A program made the translations under genes and the position numbers. From an uncultured Methanosarcinales archaeon (GTDB taxonomy: Archaea; Halobacteriota; Methanosarcinia; Methanotrichales; Methanotrichaceae), in NCBI GenBank assembly GCA_963843555.1, contig CAWJKV010000014.1, positions 32,001-96,000 of the forward strand: a stretch of 64,000 nucleotides of DNA, given 5' to 3'. Below the pieces are notes generated by a model that saw only the letters and a program-made list of their open reading frames with translations, had not been told where the DNA came from and searched no databases. This document shows, piece after piece, positions 30,340 through 38,254 of the stretch. Positions within the stretch are counted from its first letter, which is position 1, and the number at the start of each line of letters is the position of its first letter.

Positions 30340-31051
30340 TCAGTTTACCTTTGAGACGAATGGATAATGATCGATTGAAGATCCATCATCTATCTTCCTG
30401 GGCAGATCGCAGAATCCATCCTTATCGGTGTCATTGCAGCCTTCCTTTGGCTCGTCGTAATCGCCATAATGGTTTCCTTTCATCTGTTTTCCAGTAAATA
30501 ATTCCAAAAGCCCTTGTATTCCATCTGAGTTCTGGCTGCTGCTATTCCACGAATTGCCACCCTGATCTCTGGCTGCGATTTCATTCCCCCGCAGATCATT
30601 AGATACAAAGATGTTATTGACAGATCCCATCATGACGTATATGCCGTACTTATTCTTGTAGAAGACATTATCAGAGATCGTGTTGTTATTGGATTCAATC
30701 CGTATTCCCGCATTTCTGGAGCAAGCGCATCCGGTAGAGCCGGTCAGATTAAACCCCTTTACCGTAGATCCATTGGCTATCAGGGCGATTGCATTTCCAA
30801 ATCCTTCTGCATCTACAACTGGCAAGCCATCGCCTGTGTCAAGGCCTATTAAGCTTACAGCTTTGACAACTTTGAGCCTTTCCCGATATGTTCCGCTATG
30901 AAACTTCAATGACATCTCCATTACTTGAGTTATCGATGGCCTTCTGGATCTGTGGGTAGTCTTCGTCTAATGGGCCTACAGTAATTTTTACCGCTTGGGC
31001 CAGGTCAATGATCAATATTATTGTTAATATAATTAATAGACTTTTTCGCAT
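30340..31051 (-). CDS. Second secreted NosD-like beta-helix protein (apparent +1 frameshift at ~30902)
   Basis: ATG 31051 after GAGGAG gives MRKSLLIILTIILIIDLAQAVKITVGPLDEDYPQIQKAID...VIEV; an extra T follows, then HSGTYRE...GCACS. Confidence 0.8.
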
Positions 31052-31195
31052 AAGTACTCCTCGCATGATACAAAAAAGGATAAATTTGTTCTATTTGAAC
31101 TTTTCTATCGTGTGTCAATTGGGTCAATTGCTTTTCCGATATGGGTATAAGCCCGGCGGGAGGAGTCTTCCTCACCGCGGGACATTTTTTCCACA

Positions 31196-32596
31196 TTACC
31201 ACATCTTGTACCCCAGGTACCTCACCGCATAGACGAGGCCGATCAAGATCACTGCCACTCCGAAGATCTTGGTCACATACTTTCCGGCATAGATGTACTT
31301 CTCGCCGATCTGCCCGCCCACAGCCCTGGAGAAGGTGGAAATGGGAATCACAGGCACGCCATGGCCCAATCCGAAGACGAAGAGCATCAGGCCTCCCACC
31401 AGGGGTGTCACGTCCTGGGAGATGAGCCAGATGAGCACCGGGAAGACCAGGGACACGGCGCAGGGTGCCCAGCCCAGGGCGAAGAAGACGCCCAGGGTGA
31501 AAGCTCCAATGAAGGCCGAATACTCGAAAAGGCCCATGGAGAAGTGAACCAGCCTCTCCATTATGCCCTTCTTTTGCACCGGCGAGTCATCTTCATCAGC
31601 ATCGGCTTTGCGGAAGGAGAAGTGCGACCTGACCGGCTCAATGATCTCGCCGATGGGCTTGATGATATTTATTCCCAGGATGATCATCAAGAGGCCGGCT
31701 GCCAGGTCAAAGAAGCGGGCCTGGCGGATGAAGACGCCGATGTCTGAGAGAAAGAGCCCCAGCACGAAGAAAACCAAGGCCATGCCCAGAGTGAAGGCCA
31801 CCCCGATCATGAAACCCTCTTTGGAGGCCGTTGCTGACTTCTTGAGGTACTCCTCTTTCCGGCGAGCAGTCATGACATAGGAGAACATAGCCAGGAGCAG
31901 AGCCACGGAGCAGGGCGAGAGGGAAGTTACAATTCCCAGGACGAACATGGTCAGGTAGTTCACGCCCTGGCTGGATGCGATTCCTTCGAATCCGGAAGCC
32001 TCACCGCTCTCCATGCTTTTCAGGTCACTGTAAAGAGAATCAGCGCTCTGGATGCCATCGATCTCGCCCTTGCCGAGCTGGTAGACGTGGAAGAGGTCCG
32101 CAACGTTTCCTTCTTTATCTATCAGGATCAGCGTAGGGTTGGCAAAGCCGCCCTCCAGGGTGGAGTAATCGATGTATTTGCTGGTAAGAGGATAGGGCTC
32201 AAAGTCCTCAATCCAAGGCCAGGTTACATTGGTGTTCCACCAGAAACTGGCCAGAGTCCGGCCGTCCTCTGAGTATGGGTTCTTCCGGACGTTGAGGGTT
32301 ATGATATTAATGCCGGGATCCTTCTGCTTTAAGATGGAAAGCTCCCGGGTCTGGGCGTTCAGTGCGTTCTCGCACTCCCTGCAGAGGGGATTCTCAATGT
32401 TGGTGATGTGCAAAAGGACGACCTCACCCCGGTAGTCGCTCAAGGAGACATTCTTTCCATCAAGGTCCACTGCCTGAAAATCAGGAGCTTTAGCCTCCTG
32501 TGCCAGGCCTGTTGACAAGCTTAAGAAGAGGGAACATAAGATGACAAAAAGGGTGATTGGTCCCAAAATCAGGGATCTTTTAATTTTGAAAGACAT
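31196..32596 (-). CDS. Exported redoxin (AhpC/TSA-like, CREC) fused to a CcdA domain
   Basis: Signal peptide; APDFQAVDLDGKNVSLSDYRG; CREC; PTLILIDKEG; SLSPCS and GWAPCA. Confidence 0.88.
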   Translation of the reverse strand: MSFKIKRSLILGPITLFVILCSLFLSLSTGLAQEAKAPDFQAVDLDGKNVSLSDYRGEVVLLHITNIENPLCRECENALNAQTRELSILKQKDPGINIITLNVRKNPYSEDGRTLASFWWNTNVTWPWIEDFEPYPLTSKYIDYSTLEGGFANPTLILIDKEGNVADLFHVYQLGKGEIDGIQSADSLYSDLKSMESGEASGFEGIASSQGVNYLTMFVLGIVTSLSPCSVALLLAMFSYVMTARRKEEYLKKSATASKEGFMIGVAFTLGMALVFFVLGLFLSDIGVFIRQARFFDLAAGLLMIILGINIIKPIGEIIEPVRSHFSFRKADADEDDSPVQKKGIMERLVHFSMGLFEYSAFIGAFTLGVFFALGWAPCAVSLVFPVLIWLISQDVTPLVGGLMLFVFGLGHGVPVIPISTFSRAVGGQIGEKYIYAGKYVTKIFGVAVILIGLVYAVRYLGYKMW

Positions 32597-32626
32597 GGCT
32601 GTTTATCCTTTTATTCAGGCCAGACT

Positions 32627-33169
32627 TCATTTGTTCCAGTTAGCGGAGTTCTCGTTATAGTAGACTAATGCGTCCTCGATATATTTCTTGGTCCAGCTCT
32701 CGCCTGTAACCTCATCAGTGCTGTGCCAGACCGGCACGACCTTTCCCTCCGCATTCGGAGCCAGAGTTACAATAACTGTCAATGGCACATACATGCCGCC
32801 GCCGTTGGGATCGTATGCCCGCAGGGCTTCTTCTGATCTGGCATCGCTTCCGTCAGCAGATAAATTGAAGTAGGTGAATTCATCTCCCATCTCGTCAACT
32901 ATCTTTGTCAGGGCCTCTGTCTGAGGTGCACAGTAGCTGCAGCCTTTGTGAGCGTAGACAACCACAGGCTTGCTTTCTAGAGCGTCCAAAACCCAAGCAG
33001 GATGGTTGACCTCACCGCCTTTACCACTGGATTGATCCGGATATGTTGTCCACCAGTCATTATTTCCCGATCCTACTGAATATTCAGCACCCATGACATT
33101 AACGCTGAACGCCAGAATGAAGACCGCAATCAAAGATGCTACGCAAACTGTTTTCTTGATTATGCCCAT
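32627..33169 (-). CDS. Exported thioredoxin-fold protein
   Basis: Signal peptide; KPVVVYAHKGCSYCAPQ; YVP cis-Pro-like motif. Confidence 0.8.
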   Translation of the reverse strand: MGIIKKTVCVASLIAVFILAFSVNVMGAEYSVGSGNNDWWTTYPDQSSGKGGEVNHPAWVLDALESKPVVVYAHKGCSYCAPQTEALTKIVDEMGDEFTYFNLSADGSDARSEEALRAYDPNGGGMYVPLTVIVTLAPNAEGKVVPVWHSTDEVTGESWTKKYIEDALVYYNENSANWNK

Positions 33170-33344
33170 GATACACTCTCCTTTAGCTCCATTTTTTCAT
33201 CTTGACGAAATCCTACTATGAGGTCTGAGGCTGCAAATTGTCCTCGATAATAGCTCTCGCTTCAAGTTTTCAAGTCGCCTTAACTGAGTTCTTTTCAGAT
33301 CAGATCATCTGAATTGCCCGTTAACAGGGCAAGCCTAGAACGGC

Positions 33345-33364
33345 ATATCGACATTATTGGATAT
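33345..33364. promoter_or_regulatory. ATATC-N10-GATAT operator at the thioredoxin-ccdA promoter
   Basis: ATATC gacattattg GATAT overlapping minus-strand CTTATA. Confidence 0.65.
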
Positions 33365-33572
33365 AAGTCTTTCGACTTTATGATCTATATAGTCTTACAT
33401 AGGAAAAATTTTTGTTAGAATCCCTTTCATCTAACAGCATTTCGGCGAACATACATATTTTCAATTGTTAATTTCGGCCATCTTGTTACCTAATTATGTG
33501 GAAAATGTTTAATATATTTAATTAAAGACAGATGTCGTAATTGGATTTAACTGTATGACGGGAAAATCTTAT

Positions 33573-33592
33573 ATATCGAAATAACTGGATAT
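33573..33592. promoter_or_regulatory. ATATC-N10-GATAT operator at the peptide-arsR-rhodanese promoter
   Basis: cttatATATC gaaataactg GATAT. Confidence 0.65.
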
Positions 33593-33703
33593 GGATAGCC
33601 GGATTAACCTGCGGTATGGACGGACCGGTATACGCTAAATCAGAAGAAATACTGTATACAGCCAGCAGTCAACAGAGAAGGCACAAGAGGGTGAAATGCC
33701 AAA

Positions 33704-33856
33704 ATGAGCACGGTGAAATGCGAAATATGCAATAAAGAAGCGGAATCCCTATTCATCGTAAGTCACAAAAAGAGGGGTAGAATAAGAATATGCTGCGACT
33801 GTCTGAAGCAAGAGGGGCCAAAGCTTCTAAATCAAAAAAGCTGCAGTTGCTGTTGA
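33704..33856 (+). CDS. 50-aa Cys-rich peptide (absent from the ORF track)
   Basis: MSTVKCEICNKEAESLFIVSHKKRGRIRICCDCLKQEGPKLLNQKSCSCC; GAGGGTGA RBS upstream; precedes arsR. Confidence 0.75.
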   Translation: MSTVKCEICNKEAESLFIVSHKKRGRIRICCDCLKQEGPKLLNQKSCSCC

Positions 33857-33881
33857 AAGTTGCTGCTAAAGAGAGGAGTCC

Positions 33882-34274
33882 ATGACATGCGTTACGGAAG
33901 AAGCTGTTAACAGGATGACACGGCTGATCGGCGATGCCGATAAAGCCGAATGCAAGGTCGACAAGATCCGTTCCATAGTGAACAGCATAGACGAGCTGGA
34001 GATCGAGGAGGAGGCTGAGATATTTCAGGCTATGGCCGATCCCTGCCGACTCAAGATCCTCATGCTCCTGAGAGAAGGAGAGTTATGCGTCTGCGAGATC
34101 ATGATCGGTCTCGACAGACCCCAATCCAGCACATCTCATCACCTTTCCATCCTCAAGGATGCAGGGCTCATCAAAGAGCGCAAGGATGGGAGATGGTCCA
34201 GATACCGGCTGTCCGAGGGCGCTGTTATTGAGATGCTCAATATGGTAAAGCTGATGAAAGAAGCTAAAATCTGA
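33882..34274 (+). CDS. arsR: ArsR repressor with N-terminal extension
   Basis: AMADPCRL, ELCVCEIM, PQSSTSHHL; GAGGAG RBS. Confidence 0.9.
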   Translation: MTCVTEEAVNRMTRLIGDADKAECKVDKIRSIVNSIDELEIEEEAEIFQAMADPCRLKILMLLREGELCVCEIMIGLDRPQSSTSHHLSILKDAGLIKERKDGRWSRYRLSEGAVIEMLNMVKLMKEAKI

Positions 34275-34290
34275 GAGAGGGCAAAAACAA

Positions 34291-35388
34291 ATGACCAAAT
34301 TCGATACTATTCACAATGATAACGCCAGCTCAACTCTTGACCGAAAGAGATCAGGCTCAAGAGGGTTCTATGTTCTGGGAATTCTGATAATTTCCTTGAT
34401 GGCTTTTGCGCCCGTAGTTGACGCGGGCTGCAGTTGCGGCGGAGGCACCTGGGATCCTAGCGGTTTCCTCAACTCTGAACCTGGAACCGGCCAGCCCGTC
34501 CAGCCAGGCAGCGCCCAAAACAACGCTGCTGGATATTCCGGTAACAGCACGCAGAATTCCGGTATAAACACAGAGAAGCCGTTGGATAGGGCGGCCTCTT
34601 TTCCTAATGGTGGGATCCTTAAGTCCATGAAGAGCGTTTCCAGCTCAGATGTGGTAGTGGACGTATCCAACGGCGACAGCTACGCGAAGTCTCATATCGA
34701 GAATGCCATTCACATTCAAACCAGAGACTTCTTAGATGGCGCTGGCAACCTAAAAACAGATGAGGAACTAGCCTCGATCTTGGGCGATAAAGGCATCTCC
34801 AGAGATGATTCAGTAGTCCTTTACGGGAATAAAGAGAGCTCTGGGGAAGCCGAATTTGCCTTCCTGGTGCTACAACACTTGGGACAAAAGGATGTCAGAC
34901 TCCTGGATGGAAGCCTGGCAGACTGGAAAGCTGCAGGCTTGCCTGAGGCGGCTTTGGAGAATATAAAGCCTAGCGTTGTGTACAACCCCGAAGTCAACCC
35001 CAAGGTTATAGCCGAATTCGAATACGTGAAGTCCAAACAGGCCCAGATCGTGGATGCCCGGCCCTTTGTGGAGTTTGGCAAAGGCCGCATACCAGGCTCT
35101 GTCGCTCTGGATCCAGCCAATATAATTAAAGGAGATCGTATCAAGAATGGAGACGAACTGGGTATGGTATTCGGCAGGCTGAGCAAAGACCAGCCGATCG
35201 TAGTTTATTCCAGCGATTACAGCCGCTCATCTCTGGTCTGGTATGCTCTGCAGCTCATGGGATATGAGGCCAGCATCTACACCTGGGAGGATTGGAAGGC
35301 GAACGAGGCAACGGGGGAGCAGGCCGCTACGACTCCGGCTGGAGGAGGCACTGCCAGCACGAAATACACAAAGCTGGGCAATACGTGA
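34291..35388 (+). CDS. Secreted tandem rhodanese-fold protein without loop Cys
   Basis: TM/signal then AGCSCGGGTWDP; SHIENA; LGDKGISRDDSVVLYGNKESSG; GRIPGS; loop VVYSSDYSRS. Confidence 0.85.
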   Translation: MTKFDTIHNDNASSTLDRKRSGSRGFYVLGILIISLMAFAPVVDAGCSCGGGTWDPSGFLNSEPGTGQPVQPGSAQNNAAGYSGNSTQNSGINTEKPLDRAASFPNGGILKSMKSVSSSDVVVDVSNGDSYAKSHIENAIHIQTRDFLDGAGNLKTDEELASILGDKGISRDDSVVLYGNKESSGEAEFAFLVLQHLGQKDVRLLDGSLADWKAAGLPEAALENIKPSVVYNPEVNPKVIAEFEYVKSKQAQIVDARPFVEFGKGRIPGSVALDPANIIKGDRIKNGDELGMVFGRLSKDQPIVVYSSDYSRSSLVWYALQLMGYEASIYTWEDWKANEATGEQAATTPAGGGTASTKYTKLGNT

Positions 35389-35426
35389 TCGTCTAAGTAT
35401 TATGCCATTGGGAGGAGAGTTCTAAC

Positions 35427-35498
35427 TACAAACTGGGAGTGAACTATGAGAACACGGCGGCTCTCTCCTTCACCGCGGCCAGCAACAACTTCGAGCTG
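35427..35498 (+). pseudogene. acr3: 72-bp acr3 fragment
   Basis: [24 protein letters not shown] vs [24 protein letters not shown] in the intact acr3. Confidence 0.8.
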
Positions 35499-35574
35499 AA
35501 GCTGAGGGATAAGTACTATCCCGGTGCGCCCTGATAAGATATTTGCGAAACTAATAGTTAGCATGGTGAGATAG

Positions 35575-36372
35575 ATGACTGGATCGCCCGCTGAGGTAAA
35601 GCTCGTGAGCAACGCAATGGCCAACGCCACGAGGAGAAAGATAATGGCCATGCTGGTGGAGAAGGACAGAACAAGAGCAGAGATCGAGCAAGAGATAGGA
35701 GGCTCCATGCTGGACTACCACATGCAAATGCTGCAGCAAGCCGGCTTGATCGACATCAAGGAAGACGCTATGGTTCTAACCGATTTTGGAAAGAACTTCA
35801 TGGAGACCAAGGCCGAGAAGCCGGCCGAGGCCAAGAAAGATCTTGCAGGCACAAAGCCCCTGGAAGTCGTCGAGCTCAGACAGCTCTTGCCCTGCATTGC
35901 CGACAGCACCAAGTTCAGGATTATTGCCCGTTTTGAGCCACCTTTGGGCGGTGCCCTAAAACTCCTGGAGCCCCTATTCCCTAGGGCCAGGTACTCGGAG
36001 AGGATTGGAGCGCTCATCATCCAGAAGGGCAATATTCTCATCACCGTCTATTCCACCGGCAATGTTACCATGACCATGATCAAGAGCGAGGCAGAGGCTC
36101 GAGAGACTATGGAGGATCTGAAGAGGACCATCAACGAGGCCATAGCTAAGGGGGTGACTCCAGTTCCAAGAGAGAAGATCAAGGTAGATCACGCTGAGAT
36201 CTATGAGTACCTTCCCAAGACCAATTGCCAGATCTGTGGAGAGCAGAGCTGCTACGCTTTCGCCATCAAGCTGGTGGGAAGGGAGACAGCTCTGGATAAA
36301 TGCACTCCGCTGCTGGAGGCCAAATACGCCACCAATCTGGAGCATGTCAGGGCATTGCTCGAATACCTCTGA
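35575..36372 (+). CDS. ArsR-like wHTH + central domain + C-terminal Fe-S domain protein (copy 1)
   Basis: AMANATRRKI...LDYHMQML; LPCIAD; LPKTNCQICGEQSC...CTPL (CdhE/RnfB-type Fe-S motif). Confidence 0.85.
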   Translation: MTGSPAEVKLVSNAMANATRRKIMAMLVEKDRTRAEIEQEIGGSMLDYHMQMLQQAGLIDIKEDAMVLTDFGKNFMETKAEKPAEAKKDLAGTKPLEVVELRQLLPCIADSTKFRIIARFEPPLGGALKLLEPLFPRARYSERIGALIIQKGNILITVYSTGNVTMTMIKSEAEARETMEDLKRTINEAIAKGVTPVPREKIKVDHAEIYEYLPKTNCQICGEQSCYAFAIKLVGRETALDKCTPLLEAKYATNLEHVRALLEYL

Positions 36373-36384
36373 AGGAGGAACACC

Positions 36385-36771
36385 TTGAAGACGCTGACCA
36401 TCATCCTCACGGACGGTCCCTACATCTCAGAATATGCCGAGATGGCCTACAAGATCGCATCAGAGTCGCTGAAAGATTTCAGGTTAATATATATTTCTTC
36501 ACCTGGATGCGGTGCATATTCCCAAGCTCGGGCAAAAGCCTTCTCTTTTTGGAAATGCTGGCCTGTTATTCCAGGAGCAGGCCGAGAGGGGAGCTGTGGT
36601 CAGGGCCTGTGCCAGGTGTGCCACAGCCAGAGGCTACCTGGCCGGGGAAGATGGCGTCTGCGCGGATTATCATCCGGGGAAAAGATCACCAGCCTCTACG
36701 ATCTGGCAGAGATGATGGAGAAGAGCGACAGGGCAATTGCCATTCGAAGACAGGTGAAGCATGGACAATAA
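36385..36771 (+). pseudogene. DsrE-like gene, multiply frameshifted copy
   Basis: Colinear with 58823-59191; indels near 36475-36495 and 36680. Confidence 0.85.
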
Positions 36772-36940
36772 AAGAGATCTTCCTTCTGACCAAGACGCCT
36801 CAAAATGACCGCACGAAGCTATGCCTTGACCTCATGGAGCTTTCGGAAAATGGCGTTCTGTATATCGCCGGAGACGGGGTCTACAATTTGCTTGAAGAGA
36901 CAACTCTCGAAGTCCTACCAAGGGGGAGGATTCTGGACCT
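36761..36940 (+). pseudogene. DsrH-like gene, frameshifted and truncated copy
   Basis: KEIFLLTK...GVLYIAGDGVYNLL...RIL then diverges; the intervening dsrF-like gene is absent. Confidence 0.8.
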
Positions 36941-37358
36941 AAAAGATCTCTTGAATGCAAAGCAAAAAGACCTATGTAGGATTAAAGTGTCTGCATCGAT
37001 GCAATATCATTGAGTCTTCGTGCTGTTAGGATCGGGAAAGAATCGCCTTCTAGTTATCACTCAAAGGCTTATTCAGTATGGCGGGAAACATCTGCGATAA
37101 GATAAAGAGGCATCACTATATTGGAACAAAGACAGATTTCCTTTTAAAGAACCATACCGCTAGAGCCGCATCCATCTCTCCTTGTAGCCTCCGAGCCTCC
37201 CTGCGAGCTGCATGAATATGCCTGGCGGCCTTCCGCAGTGACTTGGCATCCTTGAGTTCACGCGGATGGAAGTAGGCGAGAGGAAATATTTACCGGTATT
37301 TTGTTCTACGCAGCACGCTGCTAGGTATTCATTTTAAAATAAGAAAAGTTAAATGTTT

Positions 37359-37823
37359 TTAGAAACCACGACTTGAAGGCAGGAACTTCCAGTCATCAGT
37401 GCCGTTGGTATCTCTTCCATCCGGGTCCCTTGTCCAGGCGCCCTCGTTATCCTCTCCATCGCTCAAGGCTGGAGTCCTATCAACCTCTCGGCCGGACGCG
37501 TCCATAAGCCTCAGAACCTCGCCGCCGTGAGCCAGCCATTTTGGCGGCACATCCAGAACATAGTAATCGATGGCTTTGACCATCGTTCCTTTGGGAAAAG
37601 TCATCGATCTTCCAATAGAATTATTTATGCTCCATCCGCCGATATCGACATCTTTGTTGTCGTTATTGAAGAGCTCAAACCATGCTGTTACCACCGCTTT
37701 GAAAGCATCCTCCTTCCCGGCCGGGTTTTGCTCTACCTCATTGATTACAACGCTGGCGAGCGACGTTCCCAGCAAGAAAACGATAGAGGTCATTATAAGA
37801 AGAAACATTTTACCTGATATCAT
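37359..37823 (-). CDS. Secreted lamin-tail-domain protein
   Basis: Signal peptide; VVINEVEQNPAG, WFELFN, VDIGGWSI. Confidence 0.8.
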   Translation of the reverse strand: MISGKMFLLIMTSIVFLLGTSLASVVINEVEQNPAGKEDAFKAVVTAWFELFNNDNKDVDIGGWSINNSIGRSMTFPKGTMVKAIDYYVLDVPPKWLAHGGEVLRLMDASGREVDRTPALSDGEDNEGAWTRDPDGRDTNGTDDWKFLPSSRGF

Positions 37824-38254
37824 GCAAATTCTCCATTTAGGTGAAATCTCCATCCGTGCTAATATCAGTGTCGCCTGATTGGTGCTATTGGTTTTGATTG
37901 AATCATCTGAACATGGTCTTCATCTCATAGACTCCCGACTCGTTTCTCTTGCTGGCGGCAAACCCCATCTTGTTGAAGAGCCGGAAGACGATATGAGCGA
38001 TGGCGATGAGATCCATGGCCCTCTTCTGCTGCCGTCTCAGATGAAGAAGGAGTTGAGGCGAAGGTTATCTCTGAACTTTTCATCTGTGCAGGGTGCCACA
38101 CCAAGGTTAACGAGGACGAATTTCCTTGAAGATGAAGCGCTCTTGATCCCTGAACTTACAGGGCCATTTTTTTCGGATTTTGTCCCACGAAGCAACGCAT
38201 CTAATCGATTCGGAATTTGTGGATTCCTGCATTTAGGCTCCTTCGAATCCCGTC

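Noticed and set aside
24145..32596. Cytochrome c maturation system
   Set aside because: Only CcdA and thioredoxin components are present; no CcmB/C/E/F or heme-CxxCH proteins in the window.
33854..33856. TGA after CSCC as Sec readthrough
   Set aside because: Readthrough gives no meaningful extension and no SECIS was recognised; a true stop or a +1 error is simpler.
37903..38016. 37-aa minus-strand ORF resembling a GNAT C-terminus (RLFNKMGF)
   Set aside because: Too short to support; at most gene debris.
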